64,000 nucleotides of DNA. Source: Candidatus Eiseniibacteriota bacterium (GTDB taxonomy: Bacteria; Eisenbacteria; RBG-16-71-46; CAIMUX01; VGJL01). Shown in pieces: positions 20,201-28,165 of the stretch (position 1 is its first letter; the number at the start of each line of letters is the position of its first letter). The position numbers and the translations under genes were made by a program. The stretch is from positions 480,001-544,000 of the forward strand of contig CAWBWI010000006.1 in NCBI GenBank assembly GCA_963792585.1. The letters run 5' to 3'. Under the pieces are notes generated by a model. That model was not told where the DNA came from, searched no databases, and was given only the letters and a program-made list of their open reading frames with translations.

Positions 20201-21976
20201 CAGCTCATCCCAGAGCGACCAGTCGGCATGCTCGGACATCAAGGCGTCGCATGCGCGGATCGAATCGCGGAAGACGGGTTCGCTCGCGATGAGTTGCCGG
20301 CCCATCGCCCACCACTGCGGCCCCTGTCCACAGAAGGCGAATAGGATCGAGGGAGGGCGCGCCCCGCGCTTGCCCGCGAACATGCCCGGCCGCCGTTCAC
20401 CGGCGAGGAAGCCGTCCAGGCGGTCGCGGAGTTCCGCCCGGTCCCGCACCACGACCGACAGGCCATGGTCGTAGCGGTTCCTGCCAACGCTCGCCGCATA
20501 GCAGACATCGGCCAGGTCGCGGTCGCCGGATGCAACTTCCTCCCGGTAGGCACGGACGAGCTGCTCCAGCGCTTCGGGGGTGCGCGCGGTGATCGGCAGG
20601 AGCATTGCCGGAGCGTTCGGGCTCGCAGCGACGCCAGCCGGCCGCGGCGATGGATGATCCCGCAGGATCACATGGGCGTTCGCGCCGCCGAAGCCGAAGG
20701 AGTTCACCCCCGCCAGGAGCGGCGCCGTCTCGCGCGGCCACGATTCGACAACCGTGGGCACGCGCAGGCGAAGCTCATCGAAGTTGATGTGGGGATTGGG
20801 GCGCTTGAAATGCAGGTTGGGCGGGATCTTGCGGTGGTGGATCGCCAGGGCCGTCTTGATCAGTCCCGCGATTCCGGCGCCAGCCTCGAGATGCCCGATG
20901 GAGGTCTTCACGGATCCGATGACGCATGCGTTCTCCGCAGTGCGCCCGGTGGCAAGCGCCTTGCCGATCGCATTTGCCTCGATCGGATCGCCCACAGGCG
21001 TGCCGGTCCCGTGCGCCTCGACATACTGGATATCGCACGGCTCGATCCCCGCCTGGCGGCACACCTCGCGCAGCAATGTCTCCTGCTGCCCTGGATCCGG
21101 CATCGTGATGCCCGGCGTGCGGCCGTCCTGGTTGATCGCGGAGCCTAGAATGAGCGCGTAGATCCGATCCCCGTCCGCCACGGCCCTCGACAGCGGCTTC
21201 AGAAGGATCATGCCGGCCCCCTCGCCCCGCACGAAGCCGTCGGCGTCCGCGTCGAACGCCCTGCACACACCCTGCCGCGAGAGCATCGTCGCCGCGCTGA
21301 AGGCGACATAGGTGCCCGGGGTGATGATGAGGTTCACGCCTCCCGCGAGCGCGAGGCCGCTCTCCCGCTGCCAGATGCTGCGGCACGCAAGGTGGACGGC
21401 CACGAGCGAGGAGGAGCAGGCGGTGTCCACCGAAATGCTCGGCCCCTTGAAGTCGAAGCAGTAGGAGATCCGATTGGCCGCGATGCTGAAGGCGCCCCCC
21501 GTCGCGGTGTGGGCGTCGACGCTGCGCATATCGTGGATCGTCGACTGGATATCCGCATAGTCGGAGGTCGAGATCCCGATGAAAACGCCCGTATTCGATC
21601 CGGCCAGCCGTTGGCTGGCGTGACCGCCGTCCTCCATCGCCTCCCACGCCACTTCGAGCAGCAGCCGCTGCTGGGGATCGATGTACGGCGCCTCGCGGGG
21701 AGCGATTCCGAAGCACTCGGGCTCGAACTGGTCGATCTGGCCCAGGAAGCCGCCACGCCGCGTATAGCTCTTCCCGGGCACCCCGGAGCGCGAATCGAAG
21801 AACCGGTCCGACGCCCACCGGTCTGCCGGGATCTCGCGGATGGCGTCGACGCCCCCGATCAGATTGCTCCAGAGAGCGTCCGGGCTCTCCGCATCGCCGG
21901 GAAAACGGCAGCCGATGCCGACGATCGCGATCGGCTCCCCAGCCGGGTGGTCGTTTCCAGTGGTGTCCGTGGTCAT
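14288..21976 (-). CDS. Single-module reducing type I polyketide synthase, KS-AT-DH-MT-ER-KR-ACP
   Basis: KS: DTACSSS, EAHGTGT, KTSIGHLE. AT: GHSVG, YAFH. DH: HRVEKHTVFPG, HPAMLDACFQ. MT: LEVGAGTGG. ER: LIHSGAGGVG. KR: TGGFGGFG, IDDG, YVAAN. ACP: GFDSL. No thioesterase. Confidence 0.95.
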   Translation of the reverse strand: MTTDTTGNDHPAGEPIAIVGIGCRFPGDAESPDALWSNLIGGVDAIREIPADRWASDRFFDSRSGVPGKSYTRRGGFLGQIDQFEPECFGIAPREAPYIDPQQRLLLEVAWEAMEDGGHASQRLAGSNTGVFIGISTSDYADIQSTIHDMRSVDAHTATGGAFSIAANRISYCFDFKGPSISVDTACSSSLVAVHLACRSIWQRESGLALAGGVNLIITPGTYVAFSAATMLSRQGVCRAFDADADGFVRGEGAGMILLKPLSRAVADGDRIYALILGSAINQDGRTPGITMPDPGQQETLLREVCRQAGIEPCDIQYVEAHGTGTPVGDPIEANAIGKALATGRTAENACVIGSVKTSIGHLEAGAGIAGLIKTALAIHHRKIPPNLHFKRPNPHINFDELRLRVPTVVESWPRETAPLLAGVNSFGFGGANAHVILRDHPSPRPAGVAASPNAPAMLLPITARTPEALEQLVRAYREEVASGDRDLADVCYAASVGRNRYDHGLSVVVRDRAELRDRLDGFLAGERRPGMFAGKRGARPPSILFAFCGQGPQWWAMGRQLIASEPVFRDSIRACDALMSEHADWSLWDELTADESASRMQRTAIAQPALFAIQVALAELWKSWGVTPSAVIGHSVGEIAAAHVAGILPLSEAARVVFHRGRCMDLVSSRGKMLAAALSVVEAEEVIGGRTGSVSVAAANSPRSVTLSGNPEVLETIAETLVERNVWHRFLKVEYAFHSPLMDAVREDLLASLGELQLHGARIPMLSTVTGAEIDGARLTGDYWWRGLRHRVFFAEAMDEAIRRGFDTFVEIGPHPVLSGYMAECLHARQRKADLLPSLRREEDERSVILGSLGALNILGHRVNWNALWPEARRPVRLPAYPWRRERYWHEVPEIADPRLNPEVHPLLTRDLRAANPTWQTPLDTRVLAYLADHRVEKHTVFPGAGFVEMAAAASRRITGQDAAQVEEVQFLRALFLSEGGRETAVQIRIDQEDGSFDIQSGVPGSAGWTVHCKGSVTTDRIPAPAIEEDLEAIRARLTEKLDAATCYARYAEIGLHYGPAFQGVREIFRRDGEALGDVRLRDGLDVAGYHFHPAMLDACFQVLFGAVPQATLTERRSLFLPVYIRRVTFWATPGPQVFCHARIRQLGASILEGDLDLLDGAGRLAARIEGFRCQALDRSRSSEADNPMSWIYEVRWENKVHPESLAATRPADFIPSVRELAAFAREAATDLGTRLELAERAAAVDADMNRIAHAFIVRFLRGAGVGLKLGDLLREDDLIDRLHPAMHHQRLLHRLLIHLKERGRLHEVAAGEWRVIDEPPIEDPESLWRDAWGKYPGYSMDLNLLGRCGRRIGEVIAGEVNPLQILFPDGPTTTLATFYQSAPIFMIGNRMVQSVLRRVQEALPEGRILRVLEVGAGTGGLTAELLPMLAPHRVSYAFTDVSPLFLAKAEQRFGAYPFVRFGSFDLDRDPEGQEFALHSFDLIVASDVLHASADIRKSVERLRRMLGPEGLLLLLEGERRNPWVDVVFGLTEGWWHFTDVDLRPDHPLLDRVQWQSVLTSEGFDSVEALPYDPSEPTSPQIVVLARNSREVAVEDAPFPPAEMAAASIVDPPATTVAAERPPLWLLFADQGVVASGLRDLLEARGDRCVTVVAGTEFAKLGKCTFSVAPRRPEEMDRLLGTLDPAHDTIEGMIHLWSLDAPNPDGDSAGPLLDGEALGCHSVLHLLQSLERTGRLAGGPRLVLVTRGAQPTDEGRGSISVSQSPLLGFGRVLLNEHPDVRTKLIDLDRVGSDDEIQRLFDELITEDPEEEVALRRESRLVPRAGRFRGERVRPASLGIDREGGSGFRLMASTTGAMDSLAWRETPRRSPGAGEVEIRVAAAGLNFRDVLKALALYPAEADDYLLLGDECAGRVVAVGPGVTGVSLGDEVVAMAPAAFASTVIAPVTAVLAKPGSLTFEEAATIPVTFLTAYYALHEIARLREGESVLIHSGAGGVGMAAIQIAKCAGAKVFATAGSPEKRDILKLMGVDHVMDSRTLSFADEVLAFTGGRGVDIVLNSLAGRAIQKGLSCMAPFGRFLELGKRDIYQNSRIGLWAFRKNLSLHAIDLGRVAKEDPALLRRMFERIMERFAKADYHALPHTIFEASRAVDAFRHVAQGRHIGKLVLSLDDPDLLVERVLDGAIAFRSDAGYMITGGFGGFGLVIARWIADHGGRNLVLTGRSGAASEEARAAIADLERSGVRVLALKSDVTDAAQLHATMEEVRRTMPPLRGVFHTAMVIDDGILQHLNGERFARVLAPKVSGTWNLHRATVDDPLDHFVLFSSVGTWVGTPGQANYVAANAFLDAFAYHRRFLGLPVLTVDWGRLDAVGYVSRHAQVSEILTRRGFVGFSPEQAMVGLDTMLRCRHAQMGYFRLDWSASAQVLTKMRVARRVAAMFGELDANRGAEEEGERVRSALRQAKPGERGEILREYIRGEVARVLGASAAKLDPDRPLNQMGFDSLMAVELKNHVDTDLALSLPTGALMEAPTINTLAAAVLDLFEGRTPAARTPSPSQEVPVSR

Positions 21977-22154
21977 GCGTGCGCCCCCATCCCAGCTAGC
22001 CCCTGGTCGCTGATCGAGACATGGGGAATCTTATTCCGAGGTCGGGACGGGGGCAAGAACGGGCCGCGGACGCGCGCGCGCGTTCGGCATTCCCGCAGCA
22101 AGCCGCAAGCGCCCCCCTGACCACGCGACGGGATTCCTTGTAGACTGGACGCAC

Positions 22155-22859
22155 ATGGCACTCGTCGAACTCCAGAAGGTCGAGAAGATCTACCAGCTTG
22201 GCGACAGCAGGATCCACGCATTGAGGGGCATCGACCTCGCGATCGGGGAGGCGGAGTTCGTGGCCGTGTGGGGACCTTCGGGCTCGGGCAAGTCGACCCT
22301 CTGCAATCTCGTGGGCACGCTCGACGCTCCAACCAACGGACGGGTTCTCCTAGGCGGCCGGGATGTCAGCGAGCTGACCGACGACAGCAGGGCCGACTTC
22401 CGCAGCAGGACCCTTGGCTTCATCTTCCAGAACTTCAACCTGATCCCGGTCCTTTCCGCGCTCGAGAACGTGATGCTCCCCCTCCAGATCTCCGGAGCCC
22501 CGGGGGCCGAGGCCGAGGAAAAGGCCGCCAGGCACCTCATCCAGCTCGGACTGGGCGCTCACCTCTCCCACCGACCGGACAAGCTGTCGGGTGGACAGCA
22601 ACAGCGGGTGGCGATCGCGCGCGCTCTGATCTCCGATCCCGCACTGGTCGTGGCCGACGAGCCGACCGCGAATCTCGACTCCGGGACGGCGGTGGAGATC
22701 GTCGACATGCTACGCACGATCAATCGAGAGAACGGGACGACCTTCCTCATCTCGACCCACGACCAGCGGCTCCTCGGCCGCGTGGACCGCCGAATCCTGC
22801 TGCGCGACGGTGCCATCGTCGAGGACACCGGCCAACCCACCGAAGCGGAGACGCCGTGA
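22155..22859 (+). CDS. ABC transporter ATP-binding protein (LolD/MacB-like)
   Basis: Walker A GPSGSGKST; signature LSGGQQQRVAIARAL; Walker B ADEPTANLD; H-loop STHD. Confidence 0.93.
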   Translation: MALVELQKVEKIYQLGDSRIHALRGIDLAIGEAEFVAVWGPSGSGKSTLCNLVGTLDAPTNGRVLLGGRDVSELTDDSRADFRSRTLGFIFQNFNLIPVLSALENVMLPLQISGAPGAEAEEKAARHLIQLGLGAHLSHRPDKLSGGQQQRVAIARALISDPALVVADEPTANLDSGTAVEIVDMLRTINRENGTTFLISTHDQRLLGRVDRRILLRDGAIVEDTGQPTEAETP

Positions 22860-22926
22860 ACGGCTCTGCGAACAGCCCCGTGATCGCCTCCAGAACCGGC
22901 TCCGTGATCGACCCCGGACGCGCCCG

Positions 22927-24177
22927 ATGAGAATGCTGGCCAAGATCGCGGTACGAAATCTGCACAAGAATCGACGCCGCTCCTTTTATGCCATCCTCGC
23001 GATCACCCTCGGGTTTGCGGCGGTCAACGTATTCGGCGGCTTCACCGGCTACATCAACGCGAGCCTCCGCGACGGCTTCATCTACAGCATGGGGTACGGG
23101 CATATCACGGTCTTCCGCGAGGGGTTCGTCGATCAGGGGCTCCTCGATCCCGGCAAGTACCTGCTCACCGAATCCCAGGCCGACAGCGTGACGCGCATCC
23201 TCCGGGAGCAGCCCGAGGTCATCCTCGTCACCCCCCAGCTCTTCGTATCCGGCATCCTCAGCAACGGCCAGGTGTCGACGATCTTCATCGCCAACGGTCG
23301 CATTCCCTCCGATCTGGCGACGATCGCTTCGCGCGCGCAGGGCGCGATGGGCCTCTTGACGGCTTACGAAGGACGCCCTCTGCGGGACGAGGTCGACTAT
23401 GGAATCGGCGCGAGCACGGGCCTCGCGAAGATCCTCGACCTCGATGTCGGGGGCCGTGCCGTCGCCATTGCGACCACTGTGGAGGGACAGATCAACGCCC
23501 TCGACGCCGAGGTCTATCAGACGTTCGAGAGCCCGATCGAGCTCCTGAACGACAAGCTGATGGTCGTCCCCCTGGAATTCGCCAAGAGCCTCTACGACAC
23601 GCGCTCGGTCGATCGCCTGACGGTCATGTTGCGCGAGACCCGTCAGACAGTCCCCGTCGAGACGCGACTGGCGCGCATCTTTGCCGATCGAGGCATGCGG
23701 CTGGAGATGCGGACCTGGGACGATCTCTCCGTGCTCTACCGAAAGGTGCGGAAGATGTTCGACATCATCTTCCTCTTCCTGTTCGTGATCGTGCTCGTGA
23801 TCTCGGTCATGAGCGTGGTCAATACGGTCAACATGGCGGTGATGGAACGGATCCGCGAAATCGGGACCCTGCGGGCGCTCGGGATGCGCCGCGCGCGGAT
23901 CGTCTGGCTTTTCGCGGTGGAGAGCGGGATCCTCGGGGTGATCGGATCCGTTCTGGGCGCGCTCCTCACCTTCGCGTGCTGGTTCGGGGTCTCGGTGGCG
24001 AAGCCGACCTGGATCCCGCCGATGATCACCCAGCGACTTCCGATCGAGATCCAGATCGTGCCCGCGTACATGCTGATTGCGTTCGGGTTTCTGCTCGTTC
24101 TCTCGGTGGTTGCCGCCTGCGTGCCGGCACGCCGGGCCGTGCGGGAGGGGATTGTGGATTCTCTTGGCCATGTCTGA
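22927..24177 (+). CDS. ABC transporter permease (FtsX/LolC-E-like)
   Basis: KIAVRNLHKNRRRS followed by TM1, a large periplasmic domain, ERIREIGTLRALG and three further TMs. Confidence 0.9.
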   Translation: MRMLAKIAVRNLHKNRRRSFYAILAITLGFAAVNVFGGFTGYINASLRDGFIYSMGYGHITVFREGFVDQGLLDPGKYLLTESQADSVTRILREQPEVILVTPQLFVSGILSNGQVSTIFIANGRIPSDLATIASRAQGAMGLLTAYEGRPLRDEVDYGIGASTGLAKILDLDVGGRAVAIATTVEGQINALDAEVYQTFESPIELLNDKLMVVPLEFAKSLYDTRSVDRLTVMLRETRQTVPVETRLARIFADRGMRLEMRTWDDLSVLYRKVRKMFDIIFLFLFVIVLVISVMSVVNTVNMAVMERIREIGTLRALGMRRARIVWLFAVESGILGVIGSVLGALLTFACWFGVSVAKPTWIPPMITQRLPIEIQIVPAYMLIAFGFLLVLSVVAACVPARRAVREGIVDSLGHV

Positions 24178-24982
24178 TCCTCGCTGCAAGACGCGACTCC
24201 GGGACGTCCTCCCCTCACTGGCGCGGCGTCGCACCGCGCGCGTCGCGATCGCGATCGCCGCCCTCGCCTGCCTCGCAATCCCGGCGCGTCCGTGCGCGGC
24301 GGCGGGCGCCGTCGATCCGATCTCGATCCTCCGCCAGGCAGATCGCGCGCGCGGCAACGTGAAAGGTGTGACCTGGCTGGTTGAAGTCGAGTCGCGCGAG
24401 GCGGATCGCGTAAACCGCCTCACCGTGGAGGTGAAGTCGCGCCGTTACGACTTCGTCGCCGAAGAACTCGCGCCACCAAAGTACAAGGGTCAGAAGCTCC
24501 TCATGGTCTCGGGCAACATGTGGTTCGCGAAGCCGGGTTTGAGCAAGCCGATCCCGATCTCCCGCCGGCAGCGGCTGATGGGCGAGGCGGCGCACGGCGA
24601 CATCGCCGCCACGAACTATGCGGACAAGTACGACGCCGCCATCGTCGCCGAAGAGCTCGTGGCCGGCGAGGCCTGCCATGTCTTCGATCTCAAGGCGAGG
24701 GACAAGAAGCCGACCTACGATCGGATCCGCTACTGGGTCTCCAAGGAACGGGAGGTCGGCATTCGAGCCGAGTACTTCACCGTCTCAGGGAAGCTCATCA
24801 AGTTCGCCGTGATGGAGTATGCGCGCATCGCGATGCCGGATGGACGGACCCGTCCCTTCATGTCGAAGATCATCATCACCGATGCCCTGGCTTCGACGAA
24901 CGTAACGACCCTTGCTTACCGGAACCCTCGATTCGGCGATCTCCCCGACGAGGTCTTCAACGTGAACCAGTTCGGTCGATGA
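24170..24982 (+). CDS. Outer-membrane lipoprotein-sorting (LolA-like) periplasmic protein
   Basis: Signal peptide; PPKYKGQKLL, PIPISRRQRLMGEAAHGDIA, YDRIRYWV, SGKLIK; ends LPDEVFN. Confidence 0.8.
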   Translation: MSDPRCKTRLRDVLPSLARRRTARVAIAIAALACLAIPARPCAAAGAVDPISILRQADRARGNVKGVTWLVEVESREADRVNRLTVEVKSRRYDFVAEELAPPKYKGQKLLMVSGNMWFAKPGLSKPIPISRRQRLMGEAAHGDIAATNYADKYDAAIVAEELVAGEACHVFDLKARDKKPTYDRIRYWVSKEREVGIRAEYFTVSGKLIKFAVMEYARIAMPDGRTRPFMSKIIITDALASTNVTTLAYRNPRFGDLPDEVFNVNQFGR

Positions 24983-26160
24983 GGCGCGCCGCCGGGATTG
25001 CGCTGCTCCTGGCTTGCATCCTCTCAGCCGCCCCGCGCGGCGCTCGAGGGGAAGGTGAAGATTCCACATCCTTCGCGCGTACGGTCCGCGAGGGATTTCA
25101 CTACCGGGTCGAGACGCTCGCGTACGGCACCCTGCTCGACCTGAAGCGCTCCCGCTTCAATCCGAACAACCTCTTCGGCTACCCGCGCTATCAGGCCGAG
25201 ATCGACGTGCGCCCCGACCTCGACCTGGAACTGCGCCGCGTGCGGCTGAGCGTGAAACCGCGGGCGGAACTCCACCGCCGCTGGTTCGAGGAAGGTCGCA
25301 AGAAAGGGACCGCGCAGAACGCCGACTCGGCGTACATCCACGAGTGGCGGGCGCAGCTCCGTGTGGCAGACGTGCTCTTCGTCTCCTACGGACGCGAGAA
25401 CCTCCAGTGGGGGCCGTCGTATCTCATCTCCCCGTCGAACCCTTTCCATCGAGGCAAGGGGCAGAACAACCCCCGGATGGAAGAGCCAGGGCTCGAGTAT
25501 GCGCGCGCCACGTGGATCCCGGGGTATCGCTGGTCGTTCTCGTTGATCGCGAACACTGGCAAGGGGCGGCTCGCCACCAATCACTTATTCGAACGTCGCT
25601 ACGCGCTGAAGACTGATTACACAGGTCAAGGTAAGTACGCGTCGCTGATCCTATCGGCGACGGAGGACGAGCAGCGCCTGCGAGGCGGGGCCTTCGCCGG
25701 TTGGAGCGCCTCCGACGCGCTCCTGCTGCACGCCGAAGGCGATCTCGAGGGCGACATCGACCAGGGAAAGATCCTCGCAGGGGCCTCCTATACGTTCCCT
25801 CCCGGCTCCTTCGCCGTCATCGAGTACTTCCACGACGGAACCGGATGCCGGTATCAGAAGCTCTGGCGTTGCTACGATCCCTTCGAAGGCGGCGCGGACG
25901 CGTCCGATGTCCTTGTCCGCAGGGACTACTTCCTGGTCCAGTTCACGCACCCGGACCTGTACGACCGCATCCACGTGACCGCACGGTGGATCCACGACCT
26001 CAGCGGCGGCTCCGATCGTCTAATTGGAATCTACGAACACGACGTCGGCGACCGGTTTCAGATCTTCGCCGTCGGCGGGTTCGATCGCGGGCAGGAGTGG
26101 GACGAGTTCGGGAGCATCGCCTCCGGCGCCGCGATGGTCGGGGTGAGCTGGGTGTTCTAG
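24979..26160 (+). CDS. Outer-membrane beta-barrel protein associated with the transporter
   Basis: ATGA overlap with the previous gene; signal peptide; YGRENLQWGPSYLISPSNPF; C-terminal beta-signal GVSWVF. Confidence 0.7.
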   Translation: MRRAAGIALLLACILSAAPRGARGEGEDSTSFARTVREGFHYRVETLAYGTLLDLKRSRFNPNNLFGYPRYQAEIDVRPDLDLELRRVRLSVKPRAELHRRWFEEGRKKGTAQNADSAYIHEWRAQLRVADVLFVSYGRENLQWGPSYLISPSNPFHRGKGQNNPRMEEPGLEYARATWIPGYRWSFSLIANTGKGRLATNHLFERRYALKTDYTGQGKYASLILSATEDEQRLRGGAFAGWSASDALLLHAEGDLEGDIDQGKILAGASYTFPPGSFAVIEYFHDGTGCRYQKLWRCYDPFEGGADASDVLVRRDYFLVQFTHPDLYDRIHVTARWIHDLSGGSDRLIGIYEHDVGDRFQIFAVGGFDRGQEWDEFGSIASGAAMVGVSWVF

Positions 26161-26817
26161 CAGATCGCCCCTGGAGGATGAGTGTGAAGGCGGCCGGGCA
26201 CCTCCCGGAGTCGGATGGTCTCCTGCCAACCAAGACAGACTGCGCGGGCGCGTTTTGTAGAAGCGGTATAGAAGAGAAGCACAAGCATATCTTCCATGCG
26301 CCTTGACTCTCAACACGGCAGATCTCGCGGATCTTGACAGATAACCTATAACATGGAAACGCGTTGCCCGCCTGTTTCCCCTTTACCGGCTGGAGGCCAA
26401 GTCGTTCTTCGTTGATCGCGGCATTCCGCAATTTGCAATCGCATCCTGTAAATTTGCCTTGATTACATCATCAGGAGCGCTTAATGTTCTCTGCAAGCAA
26501 ATGGCCTTTCTTGTGGCTCCCGAACAAAGTTCGACCGTTCCCATTTGCTTTCCCGGAGGTTCCAGTGGCCATCGTCTGCTTGATTCCGGTCGCGGTCGTG
26601 ATGACCGCGCAGGAGAGTCCGCGGCCCGCTTTCGACTCGCACACGCGACGTAGTAGAAATTCGTGATCCGACCGTTCTGCTCAGGCAAGAGAGTCATCGG
26701 GGGCAATCGGCTCCATAGGCTCTCCCGTACGTCTTCACCCGCAGCCAAGACCATACTCGTCGATCGCCGACGGGCTTGGGTAGGTTCACCGATGAAACCG
26801 AAATCTCAGGAGGAGCC

Positions 26818-28041
26818 ATGCAATATAGATTCTCGGCTTCGTTCGTAGCGATCGCCGCGATCACTCTCTCTTCACAGTCGCAAGCCGCACCCCTTGTCGA
26901 CAGACTCGCCGGCCCGCAGACCATGGATGTCATCTGCGGCGTTCCGGAGGTCAGCCGCGACGAGCAATTCGCCGTTCAGAAGGAAGTCGCGAATTGGATC
27001 TCCGAACATGGCGCTGTGGCGGCCGTGGGCGGCCACATCAATATCGCGTGGCACGTGATCTACAGCGGCACCACCGGAAACATCCCTCAGTCGCAGATTG
27101 ACGCGACGATCGTTGCATTGAACGAAGCCTATGCTGGGGTGCCCGGTGGCGCGAATACGGGGTACACCTTCTCCATCGCGAGCGTCGATCGCACCAATAA
27201 CTCCACCTGGTTCAACATGGACTATGGCACCAATGCGGAGAGCAAGGCCAAGCGCGCTCTCGCGCTCGACGTTCCTCATCGGCTGAATATCTATTCGTGC
27301 AAGCCCCCCTCGGGTAACAACTGGGGGACCTTCCCGTGGTTCTGGACCGAGCGCGATCCCAGGCACGGTATCGTCCTCCACTACGGGAATCTCCCGGGCG
27401 GGTACCTCGTTCCGTTCAACACCGGCGACGTCGCCGTCCACGAAGTTGGCCACTACTTGGGCCTCTATCACACATTTCAAGGAGGCTGTAACCCGCCGGG
27501 CGACGAGGTGAGCGACACACCGGATGAAGGCATCTCATTGGGGTCTTCCTGTCCGGAGGGCAGGGACAGCTGCCCTTCGGCGGGTCTCGACCCGATCCAC
27601 AACTACATGGACTATACCAACGATGCGTGTAGGACGGAGTTCACCACGGGTCAGGGCGATCGTATGGACAGCGTCATACCGGTCTACCGGCCGCGTCTGC
27701 TGAATGCGGCATTCCAGCCGGATGGGCCGACGGTCGCGCTCACCTCCAACGGTGGCCGTGGCGAGTTTGAGCGAGTGGGCGGCGTCGAGTTCCTGGGTGC
27801 GAGCCCAAATCCGTTCCGCGGCACGACCGAGATCCGTTTCGCGATCCCGGTTAGCATGAACGTGGAGCTCAACGTCTACGATGCGGGCGGCCGGCTCGTA
27901 TCCGTACTCGCCAACGGCCCGATGATCGCGGGGGATCACACGGTGACCTTCAGCGGTCAGGACCTTCCCTCCGGGATCTACTTTGCGGCGCTGCGGGTCG
28001 ATGGGCGGTTGATCACACGCTCGACGGTCCTCAGCCGGTAG
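26818..28041 (+). CDS. Secreted M43 (pappalysin/ulilysin-like) zinc metalloprotease with T9SS-like CTD
   Basis: HEVGHYLGLYHTFQGGC; Met-turn NYMDY; pro-peptide Cys (ICG); SPNPF...SGIYF C-terminal domain; AGGAGG RBS. Confidence 0.9.
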   Translation: MQYRFSASFVAIAAITLSSQSQAAPLVDRLAGPQTMDVICGVPEVSRDEQFAVQKEVANWISEHGAVAAVGGHINIAWHVIYSGTTGNIPQSQIDATIVALNEAYAGVPGGANTGYTFSIASVDRTNNSTWFNMDYGTNAESKAKRALALDVPHRLNIYSCKPPSGNNWGTFPWFWTERDPRHGIVLHYGNLPGGYLVPFNTGDVAVHEVGHYLGLYHTFQGGCNPPGDEVSDTPDEGISLGSSCPEGRDSCPSAGLDPIHNYMDYTNDACRTEFTTGQGDRMDSVIPVYRPRLLNAAFQPDGPTVALTSNGGRGEFERVGGVEFLGASPNPFRGTTEIRFAIPVSMNVELNVYDAGGRLVSVLANGPMIAGDHTVTFSGQDLPSGIYFAALRVDGRLITRSTVLSR

Positions 28042-28165
28042 ATGGAACGAAGCTAGGTCCGGACGCTGATCCATGGGGGCGGTCTGCTCTCATTCCTGCG
28101 AGCCGACCGCCTCTGCGTGTTGCAGCCCGACCAATGGATAAAGAGTGCCGAGCGCCCCGATCGTC

